A stretch of DNA of 63,984 bases, the filler included, from Octopus bimaculoides (Eukaryota): assembly GCF_001194135.2 (NCBI RefSeq). It is 7 parts of 7 records of this genome, joined end to end, with 100 filler letters (N's around TTAATTAATTAA, not from the genome) between each part and the next. Parts side by side here need not be neighbours in the genome. Positions count along the whole stretch, not along the records: positions 34,446 to 39,787 come from NC_069002.1; positions 39,888 to 52,784 come from NC_068994.1; 5 more parts are not named here. One strand, given 5' to 3'. Position numbers and translations under genes: made by a program. Below, in pieces: positions 39,083 to 51,034 of the stretch; the stretch's first letter is position 1; every line of letters begins with the position of its first letter. The notes under the pieces were generated by a model, which was not told the origin of the DNA, did no database searches, and saw only the letters and a list, made by a program, of their open reading frames with translations.

Positions 39083-39329
39083 NNNNNNNNNNNNNNNNNN
39101 NNNNNNNNNNNNNNNNNNNNNNNNNNNNNNNNNNNNNNNNNNNNNNNNNNNNNNNNNNNNNNNNNNNNNNNNNNNNNNNNNNNNNNNNNNNNNNNNNNNN
39201 NNNNNNNNNNNNNNNNNNNNNNNNNNNNNNNNNNNNNNNNNNNNNNNNNNNNNNNNNNNNNNNNNNNNNNNNNNNNNNNNNNNNNNNNNNNNNNNNNNNN
39301 NNNNNNNNNNNNNNNNNNNNNNNNNNNNN

Positions 39330-39362
<33 letters not shown>

Positions 39363-39380
39363 TGTATGTATGTATGTGTA

Positions 39381-39439
<59 letters not shown>

Positions 39440-39475
39440 GTTGTAAGTGTATCTAGATTGCTCCTCTTTGCACAG

Positions 39476-39555
39476 GAACATATGAGCGTGCTTATACGTG
39501 TAGCTGGATGAGTTTCCCGATTCCCATATATTTCAGCGAAAATTGCAGAACAAAT
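39476..39555 (+). CDS. Candidate exon E4 (G-TYERAYTCSWMSFPIPIYFSENCRTN)
   Basis: Acceptor gctcctctttgcacag; donor AAT|gtaagc; 80 nt, phase 1 to 0. Confidence 0.55.
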
Positions 39556-39701
39556 GTAAGCCTTGTTACGTCACACAAAGATTATCGTCTAAATCCTAAG
39601 CAATGCCATGTTCAGCATTATTATACTGTTGAAGGTGGAACAAAAAATATATATTTATGGGTGTGTGTGAGTGGGTGTGCGCGTATATATATATGTATAT
39701 A

Positions 39702-39787
<86 letters not shown>

Positions 39788-39887
39788 NNNNNNNNNNNNN
39801 NNNNNNNNNNNNNNNNNNNNNNNNNNNNNNNTTAATTAATTAANNNNNNNNNNNNNNNNNNNNNNNNNNNNNNNNNNNNNNNNNNNN
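39788..39887. other. Assembly join pad N44-TTAATTAATTAA-N44
   Basis: Exact pad structure. Confidence 0.95.
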
Positions 39888-39918
<31 letters not shown>

Positions 39919-39925
<7 letters not shown>

Positions 39926-40089
39926 GGGCCAGAATTTATGACTCATCTGTTAGTTATAATTATTAATATATTAATATTTATTGATACGCATATATTGAGA
40001 AATAAAATAATTAAATTTAAACAATAACAATAAGCAATATGAAGAAATATAACTAATATAAGTGAGTCATGAATTGTGGTGAGTGTATA
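39919..40089. mobile_element. Tc1/mariner-like MITE of about 170 bp
   Basis: Imperfect TIRs: ccagaatttatgactcatctgttagttata versus the reverse complement of tataactaatataagtgagtcatgaattgtgg; TA at both ends. Confidence 0.5.
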
Positions 40090-40342
40090 CTGACACTGAT
40101 GTGGCAACATTTGAAATTTTGTCCTGGTAAATTTAGCCGAGGGGGACTAAACAAATTTACCGTAACAAATGTATTGGTCCTAGATTATCCGAATCTGGGT
40201 TGTCCAATTATCTAATGTTCTTCCTAGAGGTAAGATGAAATTTATTATGCTTGCCGCCTGCACACATCTTTGCCAGATTATATACAGTGAATATTGGTGC
40301 CTTGTTGTACCTCTATTCTATATTTATATCTATATCTATCTA

Positions 40343-40399
<57 letters not shown>

Positions 40400-40564
40400 T
40401 AGTGGTTCCACTTTGCAAAACTTTTCAAAGACATCCTGGAACTTGGTAGATTGTGTCTGAATAAATTTTGTGATGGTCATGGTTGGAATATCTTTCATTA
40501 TTGGTCTACTGGATCAGGATTGATCATGAGCTAAAAAAAAAAACACGAAATTTCCTTTTTTTCC

Positions 40565-40583
40565 TTTTCCTTCTTTCTTTCCT

Positions 40584-40651
<68 letters not shown>

Positions 40652-40849
40652 TCCTTCTTTCTTTCTTTCTTTCTTTCCTTCTTTCTTTCTTTCTTTCTTT
40701 CCTTCTTTCTTTCCTTCTTTCTTTCCTTCTTTCTTTCTTTCTTTCTTTCTTTCTTTCCTTCTTTCTTTCTTTCTTTCCTTCTTTCTTTCCTTCTTTCCTT
40801 CTTTCTTTCCTTCCTTCCTTCTTTCTTTCCTTCTTTATTTCTTTCTTTA

Positions 40850-40875
<26 letters not shown>
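40565..40875. repeat. (TTTC)n/(TTCC)n tetranucleotide microsatellite
   Basis: Direct inspection. Confidence 0.97.
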
Positions 40876-40881
<6 letters not shown>

Positions 40882-42299
40882 TCCTTTCCTCTCCAAACCA
40901 GCCATTTGTTGTAATTATCTAAATTAATAATTCCCATGTCATATTCCCACAGTTTCTACAATATTCCCAACTCACCTGTCGACCTTCCTCTTGCCTAACT
41001 GCAACACACCTTCCACCCTCCTACTCTTACCTCTCCATCATCATCATCATCACCACAACAACCACAAACAAAAAGCCTCCCTCCCCCTTCCCCCCCCTCT
41101 CTCTCTCACACTTACAAACACGTTAATTCATTGCTTCTCGTTAAAGTTCGGCTGGGGAAACCATTTCAGGGTCATCTCTACCTTGAAGCTTTTTCACTTT
41201 GTGGAGGTAGTAATACAGGAGATGATGGTAGCGGCGGTTGCGGCGGCGGCGGCGGTGGCGACAGCGGCGGTGGTGGCGGCAGCAAAAATTAGAAGACTAG
41301 GAGAAAATTGAACGTGTTATCTTTGTTGGTGGCAAGATAACCCACCCCACACATTTTTTTTATATATCCCTATGTCCTTTCTCTATTTGAAATTATAGAT
41401 TGTGATTTAGGATGATTTGGCTACTATTTCTAGCCAGTCTAGTGACGTTCTCTCCATCCTGTAAATTGCCGTTCTAGCCCTGCCTTCACTCTTCATTTCA
41501 TTTTCTGTCGTTCAACTACGGTCGGAGTTTAATTCTTTAAATAATCCTGGCTGACAAAGAAAAGATAATCAATTGATGTGGGTGTGCAGTCAAATAGAGT
41601 TATTTCCCTTCTACCAAAAAAAAACTGGGTTAGAATTATGACTGCTTTCTTTTCTTTCTTTTGTTGTTTTTGGCTTTAGTTTTCTGCAGCTGCTCGTGTC
41701 GGTGCAGTTCGACCAGACTTATAATAAACATTCCAGCCGTGACCTCTCCATCTTTTTAGGGTATGTAGGAGTTAACTTATACAGTTTGTCCTTCTCTTAT
41801 TTACGACTGTAGGATGTGATATGGGAGAGATTTAGTTGCTATTTCTAACAAGAGAAAGGATCATATAGGACCAGGGCCCCTCTTAACAGCAATTAAGGCC
41901 TTTTCCCAAATTAACGACAGCAATCCACGGCATACATAGAGCAGAATTGGTTCCCTAGGCCCATGGGGCCCTCCAAACAACAGTCCTGTTTGCCTTAAGA
42001 TGACCATTGTAGGGGACCATGGTTTCCAAGCTTTTCTATTTGGAAATGTAAAAAGACTCAAACTTCTAACAATTAATTTATTTTCTCTAATTGACCCAAA
42101 CACTAGATGTGGTGGGGGGCACAATGCAAACCTAAAACAAGTTTTAACCCTGGATAAATGAAAAAACAAAAGTTGAACAATTACAATAAATGGTAAACAG
42201 TGGAATCGAAATTGATTGTCAACCTTCAATGACATTTTTGTTCTTGTTTCTCTTTGATTATCATCATCTTCATCATCTTCATCATTATCATCATCCTCA

Positions 42300-42555
42300 T
42301 CATCGTCATCATCATCATAATGTCCATTTTCCATACTGGCATCGGTTGGATGGTTAGACAGGAGCTGGCAGGCCAGAGAGCTGGCAGGCCAGAGAGCTGG
42401 CAGGCCAGAGAGCTGGCAGGCCAGAGAGCTGGCAGGCCAGAGAGCTGCTCCGGGATCCAATTGTCTGTTTTGGCACAATTTCTACAACTGGATGCCCTTC
42501 CTAATGCCAGCCACTTTACAGAGTATGGAATGTGTGCTTTTCATTTGGCACCAAC
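42300..42555 (+). mobile_element. Interspersed repeat family D (CAT-tailed) containing a 5x16-bp minisatellite
   Basis: catcatcat..ttttccatactggcatcggttggatgg..ctggatgcccttcctaatgccagccac. Confidence 0.85.
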
Positions 42556-42766
42556 ACAAGAGCTTATGACTTTAATCAAACCATGGAACTTTCTGCTTCG
42601 TTGTGATCCACAGATCTACTTTAGACGATTCAAGTGATTCTTAGATTCTGTCTTCATTGACGAAAGAGAACTGAATTCAAATTCACAAAAGTATTTCATT
42701 CTACATGGAATGAGAACACAATGCTTAGTTATAATTTTTTCACATGTGTGTGTGTATATATATATA

Positions 42767-42983
42767 TAACAACTATAATTATATATTATTCATACAGTAA
42801 TGTATGCTCCATTTAAAGCGACTAAGCCTGAACAATTAACTGAAAAAAGATGAGCCGAACCACTGAGAATTGAACTTCAATTCCCAGTGGTTCGGCTCCT
42901 CTTTTTCCAGTCAATTGATTCAGCTTAGTCACTCTAAATGGAGCATATATTACTGTATGAATAATATATTACTATAGTTGTTA
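42767..42983. mobile_element. 217-bp foldback palindrome (MITE-like)
   Basis: Two arms of about 108 bp, inverted around a single base at 42875; TA at both ends. Confidence 0.85.
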
Positions 42984-42989
42984 TTAAAA

Positions 42990-43480
42990 AGGCGATATGC
43001 TGTGCTTGAAAGGACCCATCATGCCAACAGAAATCGCAGTTATGGTTGATGCTGGTGTCACAAAATCGGTTGATGCTGGTGTCACATAATCGGCACCTGT
43101 GCAGGTAGCATGTAAAAAGCACCTTTTGAGCTTTGAACCTTATGAAGGCAAAGTGGTTGAGCTCCTTTCAAATGTTGGGCCTCACAGAGGCAATAACTAA
43201 GACCTTTGACATTATGCTGTGCTTGAGAAGAAGACCCATCAAGCTACGTAAAATTGCAGTCATGGCAGATACTGGTGTCACACAAATGGCACCCGTGCCA
43301 GTGGCATGTAAAAGCAGCCATTATACTCTCCGAGTGGTTGACATTAGGAAGGGCATCCAGCTGTAGAAAAGTATGCCAAAACAGACTGGAGTCTGGTGCA
43401 GCCTTACAGCTTACCAGCCCTGGTCAGACCGTCCAACCTATGCCAGCACGGACAACGGACATTAAATGATGATGATGATT
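42990..43480 (-). mobile_element. Repeat family D with internal duplications
   Basis: ttaggaagggcatccagctgtagaaa..ccgtccaacctatgccagcacggacaacggacattaaatgatgatg; 24-bp tandem duplication at 43044-43091. Confidence 0.85.
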
Positions 43481-43623
43481 ATGTATATATATGTATAGAA
43501 TAACCAATAATATTTGTATTCTACATACATTTACTGGAATCTACTTGTTGGAAATTTAACCTTGTTCCTTTCTACTGAGTGCTTACTTGATAGCTGCCAA
43601 GAGTTTTTGATCCCATTTTTTCT

Positions 43624-43659
<36 letters not shown>

Positions 43660-44081
43660 NNNNNNNNNNNNNNNNNNNNNNNNNNNNNNNNNNNNNNNNN
43701 NNNNNNNNNNNNNNNNGTGTCTGAGTCAAAAATCTAAAAATATCTGAGACAAAATCCTTGTCAACAACGTTACTGAACCAGCTGTTACCATTTCACTAGA
43801 GATGAACTGAGGACCAACGTTTGTGATCTTAAGTCAAGGCTGAAACACTCAGACATTCCGATATTGATACAAAATAAATCAATCGGTACTCCCTCCCTCC
43901 CCCTCTCTCTCTCTCGCTCCCCTCTCTCTCTCTCTCTCTCTCTCTCTCCCACATACATTTATAAGTACATTACTCTACAGCAAATCAAGTCAATAACTAA
44001 TAATATGACGTTTACAATTCACGATTATCTGCTTTCCTGTCTCCTCTGATTCCGCCCCATAACCTTACTTAACAAGTACAG

Positions 44082-44175
44082 TGTCATGTTGGATGTGAAC
44101 TCACCTCCCAACCACAGCAAACTTTTGATCCAAACTCTGTAAATGAAAACAATAAGACACATTTCTTCAGACATG
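44082..44175 (+). CDS. Candidate exon E5 (CHVGCELTSQPQQTFDPNSVNENNKTHFFRH-D); alternative acceptor gives a start at 44077
   Basis: Long pyrimidine tract, ttaac branch-like site, tandem AAG/TACAG acceptors, donor ATG|gtgagt; 94 nt, phase 0 to 1. Confidence 0.55.
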
Positions 44176-44497
44176 GTGAGTACTCCTCGAATATTTCGTA
44201 TTCCTAACTATCACATCGACAAATGTAGTTGGTGTTTGCCCATGTTTCTTTCCTACTACTACCTATCATATCTACATATGGGTTTAGTATTTGAATTCAT
44301 TTTGTACTAAGAACTTATTTTAACTTTCATAACTATTTGATAATTGCTGCAACTATACTAATTGTTATAACTGTCAGTGCTAAGCGTTATATATTATTAT
44401 AGCTACCAATTGTTACTCTAAGCATCATTACTATTACATCCACTAGTAATTAATTTAGTCATCAGTAATTAGTTTTACCACCAGTAACTATATTGGA

Positions 44498-44650
44498 CCT
44501 CAGTTTTCAACTGGTACTAATTTTATTGACTTAGAAAGGGTGAAAGGCAAAGTCAACATCGGTGGAATTTGAACTCAGAATATGTCAACAGACAAAATGC
44601 TACTAAGCATTTCTCCCAGCTTCCTCCGATTCTGCCAGCTCCCTGCCTTA
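44498..44650 (-). mobile_element. SINE family A
   Basis: tgaaaggcaaagtcaacatcggtggaatttgaactcagaa..ctgccagctccctgcctt. Confidence 0.85.
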
Positions 44651-44951
44651 CCATCAGTAACGCCATGTTGACCCCCTATACTAAACTTGACTCCTTTCAC
44701 TTGAATAGTTCGTGTTACTAACGACTGCAGCCACCAATACTAACATTTATAATCAGAAATACCAACTGTTACACCTGCCAGAATTACCATACCTACAAAT
44801 GCTAAGAATTATAGCCATTAATAAGTATTATATAATGACCAATAATGATATCATAGCCATCAATACTATTATTCCTACCAATATTAAGTTTTTTAACCAC
44901 CAAACCTAAGAAGTATGTGTTATCCTTACCAACTGTAAGTATTCTATCCAT

Positions 44952-45175
44952 TAATGTTGATTTCAAATTTTGGCACAAGGCCAGCAATTTCAGGGGTTGG
45001 GGAGCAGATCAGTTACATCAACCCCAATCTTTATTTATTTATTTATTTTACCAACCCTGAAAGGATGAAAGCAAAGTTGGTCTTGGCAGAATTTAAACTC
45101 CCAATGCAAAGACAGATGAAATACCACTAAGCATTTTGCCTGGTGTGCTAATGGTTCTGCCAACTTACCACCTTT
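44952..45175 (-). mobile_element. SINE family A
   Basis: tttggcacaaggccagcaatttc..aaaggatgaaagcaaag..ctaagcattttgcc. Confidence 0.85.
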
Positions 45176-45440
45176 CAACCCATTAATATTATTCAGTAAT
45201 TAATTGTATAAATTAATAATAATAATGAATTTATTGTATAAAATGCTCAGATACACTGCAACTCATCAGAAAAAGTAGCCGCTACTCTAACAACTAGGCT
45301 ATGTGCCTCCACACATCAGGTGTACTACTGTTGGTGAATTTCAGGTAGCATGGTACTTTTGAAGGATGTAGTATCTTGACTGATGCGGTGGTTTATTCCA
45401 TGCTTCAGCAGTTCTGAGTGGGGAAAAATGTTCCTGGTAG

Positions 45441-45564
45441 TCATGAACCACATGGTTCCAGGTTCAGTCCCACTGCATGGCACCTTGGGCAATTGTCTTC
45501 TAATATAGCCTCATGCCAACCAAAGCCTTGTGAGTGGATGTGGTAGACGGAAACTGAAAGAAGC

Positions 45565-45611
<47 letters not shown>

Positions 45612-45828
45612 GTATCCGTCCCTCCCCACCATCACTTGACAACCAGTGCTGGTGTGTTTACATCCCTGTAACTTAGCAGTTCAGTAAAGGAGACTGACAG
45701 AATAAGCACCAGGCTTTTTTTTTTAAATTAAGTCCCAGGGGGTCAATTCATTCAACTAAAAATTTTTCAAAGCAGTGCTGCCCCAGCATGGCCGCAGTCC
45801 AATCCCTGAAACAAGTAAAAGGTAAAAG
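45441..45828 (+). mobile_element. SINE family B, 5'-truncated
   Basis: aaccacatggttccaggttcagtcccactgc..cagcatggccgcagtcc..gaaacaagtaaaagg. Confidence 0.9.
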
Positions 45829-46109
45829 CTATCCACAAGAGTTAGACATGGAATTCAAAAAGGTCCCCAAGTCTGTGGTTGGGAAAATAGTGGATAATCC
45901 AGGATAATCTATATTCTAGCTGTCAATACAATACTAAGTATTATGACTGCCAATAAACGTTGCAGCCATTAAGACCAAAGTCACACCTAACGATAGTGAT
46001 TAATTGCAATGATATATTAACAAATATCAATTTTTCTACACCTGAATAATTTGACATGGTTGACTGAGTTTAGCAGAAGTAGGTTGCTGTCACATTGATT
46101 TACAAAGAA

Positions 46110-46327
46110 CCCTTACACTTTATTTCATGTTGCTTCAGTTCCACTCAGCTGGCAAAAATGAATGGTACCTGTAATTCAAGGAACCTGGCCTTGTGGCATT
46201 GTATGTCATGCTGAGTCTCACTGAGAACTACGTTGAGGGTATGCATTGTTTCTGTAGAGTACTCAGCCACTTGCTTTTTAATTTCAGGGGCAGGCTGTTC
46301 TATCAATCAGATAAACTGAAACCCCTG
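46110..46327 (+). mobile_element. SINE family C, with a probable second copy tail-to-tail starting at 46365 and running into the gap
   Basis: acactttatttcatgttgc..ccactcagctggcaaaaatg..ctgagaactacgttgaggg..gcaggctgttc..aactgaaaccc; matches 57793-58112. Confidence 0.8.
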
Positions 46328-46804
46328 TTTTTTTTTTTTTTCCCTCAGATTTTACTGGACTTTACAGGGGTTTCAGTTGATCTGATTGATNNNNNNNNNN
46401 NNNNNNNNNNNNNNNNNNNNNNNNNNNNNNNNNNNNNNNNNNNNNNNNNNNNNNNNNNNNNNNNNNNNNNNNNNNNNNNNNNNNNNNNNNNNNNNNNNNN
46501 NNNNNNNNNNNNNNNNNNNNNNNNNNNNNNNNNNNNNNNNNNNNNNNNNNNNNNNNNNNNNNNNNNNNNNNNNNNNNNNNNNNNNNNNNNNNNNNNNNNN
46601 NNNNNNNNNNNNNNNNNNNNNNNNNNNNNNNNNNNNNNNNNNNNNNNNNNNNNNNNNNNNNNNNNNNNNNNNNNNNNNNNNNNNNNNNNNNNNNNNNNNN
46701 NNNNNNNNNNNNNNNNNNNNNNNNNNNNNNNNNNNNNNNNNNNNNNNNNNNNNNNNGATGTACTTGCATAGCAAGTGACCTGATCTGAGATCGTGTGCTG
46801 AAAC

Positions 46805-47066
46805 AAAAACAGTTGCAGCACAGAAGGTATTTATAAGCCATTTAAAAAACACACAAAAAAACCGTTAAATTCACTTCGACCTGTTCACTGACAAAATTCC
46901 GTGCTGCATCTGAGAAAGTAACAGTTAGTTCATGATATATATGTGTGTAGGTCGTGGTTCCAAAGAGACAAAAATACTTTGACAAATGAAATTTAAATGT
47001 TGAATCAAACGGTTTTTGTGTGATTCTTAAATGGCTTATAAACACCTTCCACGCTGCAATTGTTTT
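46805..47066. mobile_element. Element with imperfect terminal inverted repeats of about 65 bp (MITE-like)
   Basis: aaaaacagttgcagcacagaaggtatttataagccatttaaaaaacacacaaaaaaccgtt versus the reverse complement of aacggtttttgtgtgattcttaaatggcttataaacaccttccacgctgcaattgtttt. Confidence 0.75.
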
Positions 47067-47329
47067 TATATATATATATGTATATAAATGTGTGTGTTTA
47101 TCTTTTATGTATGTATCTGCACACAAACTAATGTGTGTGTTTGTGTGTGTGTATACATATGTCTGTATGTGTGTGTATGCATGTATATAAATACATGCAT
47201 ATACACACACACAGACCTCCTACGATATTTCAGATATTTCTATGGTCCCATTAATTTACTTGCAACTGTAATTCTCAAATTAGCCTTTCCTTTTACTGGT
47301 TTTGTGTCACCCATCTTCTCAAAATAGAT

Positions 47330-47495
47330 GCTGACATAGTTACGTATCCAAATTCCACAATAAAAATGTCTAAAGTTATAGAGCAGAGTTGAAGGATCTG
47401 CAAGTCCCATATTATTCCAACAGGGAATGTTTTCTTTCATCTTAAACATTACGCTAACATCTGCTGGACAACAGATTCCCACTGCTTTGTGCACC
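47330..47495 (-). mobile_element. R4/Dong-like endonuclease-domain fragment
   Basis: AVGICCPADVSVMFKMKEN resembles VIKVSCPADVNISLKIEK at about 31890. Confidence 0.6.
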
Positions 47496-48730
47496 TTCTT
47501 TTCCCACGTATGTATGAGTCATCGACTGATTGTTACCTACGCACGACACATAAAACATATCAATTTTTCTGGTCTCAATATGTCTGTCAGTCGATTTTTT
47601 TCTGTGGGTCATTTCAAATTTCAATACAGAAATTGTCGAAAGTTTTTTTAAATTCTAGAATAAGCAATTACAGATTCAGATGACGTAAATTAATGTTTCT
47701 TTGAATTGAGTCACCAGATTAAAAATATATCACTTGGGAGTGTCAACAGTCAAAGGTGTGTATGCGTATATATATATATATATATATATATGCGACTGAG
47801 TGTGACATCTTTTGAAAAAAATCTATACATTGTTGTTGTTGTTTAGAACCTGGTGAGTTTTTATTAGACAGATCCGTGATCAAAGGTGTTCAAATCAAAA
47901 TTATTTGGTCTTTTTATAAAAATGTAGTGTAGCTGGGACATTGATGAAACAATATATATTCACTTTCTTAAGACTGCCGGATGTGATTTGCAGAAAATGT
48001 AACTGTTATTTCTAGCAGGTCGAGTGAACACATAGCAGTTTTTCTTTGTTAACTTGTGAAAAAAAAAATAATGATTTTTAAGAACATGTCAATAAATTCT
48101 ATTGAAGTGACGTTTAAAGTGTTTCACACTAGAAAAACTGTGTTTTCCAACCAAATTGACAGATCATAAATTAAGAAACAATTGAAAAAAAGAATATGGT
48201 GACATCACATGACGCATCAGGTGACACACATAATGTCTGATAAGGTTTCTTGACTTACATTGATTAACGGTTAGTCTTGAATAAAAGATCACAACTGGGA
48301 CATACGTTGTCACTTAGGTACATACATACACAGATATGTCTGTGTGTACATATGCACACGCATGCATATGAAAAGAACACAAATTATATTGAGATTTTAC
48401 AGACGAAAATATTTATTTCTATTGGTGAAAAACTGTATACTGAGATTACTACTAACAACAAGGGAAAGAATTTTTAACATCAAGTTGGATGGTTCAAAGT
48501 TTGTATGAGATGTAGTTGTGGTTAAGAATTGACAGTAACCATCACCAGGCAAACAAACTCTGTTCTATTTACAGCCTACCAAGTCACAAATTCTATCCTT
48601 TTTTTAACCATTTTCTCCATCCAGCTTCATCAATCAAGCAAGCCTTGGAAATGTACATGGATATTAATTCTTTTGGAAGTCTTTTGACCAAGTTTTCTCT
48701 TGTGAAAACAACCATCGATTTTAACTTGGC

Positions 48731-48953
48731 CATATAAGAAAGAACTAAAGTAATCCTTCTTTTCATGTAGCATGTGGTCCTAATCACTGCTGTTTTTGTC
48801 CTGACTTTTGTTCACAGATTGATTCTCTGGAGTATCAAAAGTAATGAGTATTTCCTCCATGTTTCCATTACATGATAACATGTAGCCTTTCTGTTTGTGT
48901 TATTATTTGATTCTCTGTCTGAAGGATTTCTAATAGGAGATATCTTACATGTT
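48731..48953 (+). repeat. Source of a 223-bp local duplication (copy at 50136-50358)
   Basis: Direct alignment; 4 mismatches by eye. Confidence 0.95.
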
Positions 48954-49966
48954 TCTCCTACATGTACAGTTTTATAACTCCTATTATGAAGTGAAACATG
49001 TGTAATGGTGAATATATAATACCAAAAAACATCTGTTTTGAGATACACACACAAACACACAAACATACGCACACACATATGAAGGTGTGTCTGTCTGAAT
49101 GTCTATCTATAGACACAAACACACAGATACTACACCATCTGTTTTAAATATATCATTTTACACATTTCATATCCTGTCTGGCTTTTCAAATTAAAGGTAA
49201 AAAAATTTGAAATATTTTAAACAGAAAATAGTCAAACAGCTTAGGATTTCATTTGTTGCAGTTACAAAAATATGATATTCAAGTGTGTAAAATGATATCC
49301 TTGTGGTTTCACTGGGAAACCTGACTTCTTGAGTATTGGATTATCAGTCGTGTACATTAGATTACACCCAGTGTTTCCACTTCTTCTGCTATTGGTCATT
49401 ATTTTAAGAAAGAAAATCATGATTAGGATTAAGGATTGTAATCACAATGGTGGTGGTGGCAGTGATGGTGGTGGTGGTGGTGGTGGTGGTGGTGGTGNNN
49501 NNNNNNNNNNNNNNNNNNNNNNNNNNNNNNNNNNNNNNNNNNNNNNNNNNNNNNNNNNNNNNNNNNNNNNNNNNNNNNNNNNNNNNNNNNNNNNNNNNNN
49601 NNNNNNNNNNNNNNNNNNNNNNNNNNNNNNNNNNNNNNNNNNNNNNGGTGGTGGTGGTGGTTTTGGTGGTGGTGGTGGTGGTGGTGATGGAATGAGTATG
49701 TGTAGTGGTGTTGGTGTTGTCATTGTTGCTGTCATGTCATCCTGGGTCAGCCAACTCCATTCAAGCAAATCCAAATCACGCAGCTGTTGATCAAATGACT
49801 AAATACTAGCCACAAGTCTTTCGTCCCAGGTGCACACTATGACTGCATCAATCTGACACCGTACTCTGCACTCTGGCTATCGATGTGTGTATGGGGGGGT
49901 GGAGCTCCTGCAGAGGTGCAATGCTGCAATGTCTCTCCAGTGTACACTCTATGCCTAAATGTGCAC

Positions 49967-50000
<34 letters not shown>

Positions 50001-50086
50001 AAGCCCCAGATCAAGTCTGATCAAGAAAACCTCTGATCAAAGGCATTCTAACCATGACAAACAACCACAAATACAAATGGAATATA

Positions 50087-50615
50087 TCATCATCATCGTC
50101 ATCATCATCATTCAACGTCCGCTCTCCATGCTGGCCATATAAGAAAGAACTAAAGTAATCCTTCTTTTCATGTAGCATGTGGTCCTAATCACTGCTGTTT
50201 TTCTCCTGACTTTTGTTCACAGATTGATCCTCTGGAGTATCAAAAGTAATGGGTATTTCCTCCATGTTTCCATTACATGATAACATGTAGCCTTTCTGTT
50301 TGTATTATTATTTGATTCTCTGTCTGAAGGATTTCTAATAGGAGATATCTTACATGTTGGGCAGTTTGACTGGGGTCTGGCAAGCCAGAAGGCTGCACCA
50401 GGCCCCAATCTCATCTGGTAATGTTTCTACAGCTGGATGCCCTTCCTAATGCCAACCACTCTGAGAGTGTAGTGGGTGCTTTTTACGTGCCACCAGCACA
50501 GGGGCCAGAGGAACCACAATAGGATGGTGATTTTTACGTGCCACCAGCACAGAAGCCAATCAAAGTGGCGCTGGCATCGGCCACATTCGGATGGTGCTTT
50601 TGACATGCTATCATA
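50087..50615 (+). mobile_element. Repeat family D interrupted by the 223-bp duplicated segment (50136-50358)
   Basis: catcattcaacgtccgctctccatgctggc [insert] gggcagtttgactgg..ctggatgcccttcctaatgccaaccac. Confidence 0.88.
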
Positions 50616-50938
50616 TAAATCCATAAACAGGAATGAAATATAAACTTGTGTTTTGTGACAACATGCACAGCCATGGGTGCCACTTTGCCTCTTCACATAA
50701 ACCCCAAAGACTGTCTTGACTTCAGCAAAAGAGCTCTGCCTCTTTGTTAGGGATTGGCTTGAATTCTGCACAGGAAAAGAAAAAAATCTTAGAAATAGAT
50801 TCCAAAGAAACACACACACACACATCCATGCAAGCATACGTGAATAACAACGAAGAGAACAAGTCCCCTTTCTTCAATAACAGGTCAAAATAACTCTGAA
50901 AGTCCACCTAAGAAGAGAAAACATAAGTGCGTGTTTAC

Positions 50939-50971
<33 letters not shown>

Positions 50972-50986
50972 TGCACACACACACAC

Positions 50987-51034
<48 letters not shown>

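Noticed and set aside
42362-42447. Short direct repeats as a possible CRISPR array
   Set aside because: There are no spacers or cas genes, and the context is eukaryotic; this is a minisatellite.
41861-42478. 205-aa minus-strand ORF
   Set aside because: It is a mosaic of the minisatellite, a (GAT)n tail and unrelated sequence, with no recognisable domain.
46302-46390. 26-bp inverted repeat hairpin
   Set aside because: It is best explained as the 3' ends of two tail-to-tail family C SINEs, the second hidden in the gap.
47805-47830. Strong donor CTG|gtgagt with a 6-nt micro-exon
   Set aside because: It lies in the reversed tail of repeat family F.
48575-48737. Acceptor ctatttacag followed by open frames (possible terminal exon)
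   Set aside because: There is no good donor, the frames are ambiguous and nothing supports one reading; not called.
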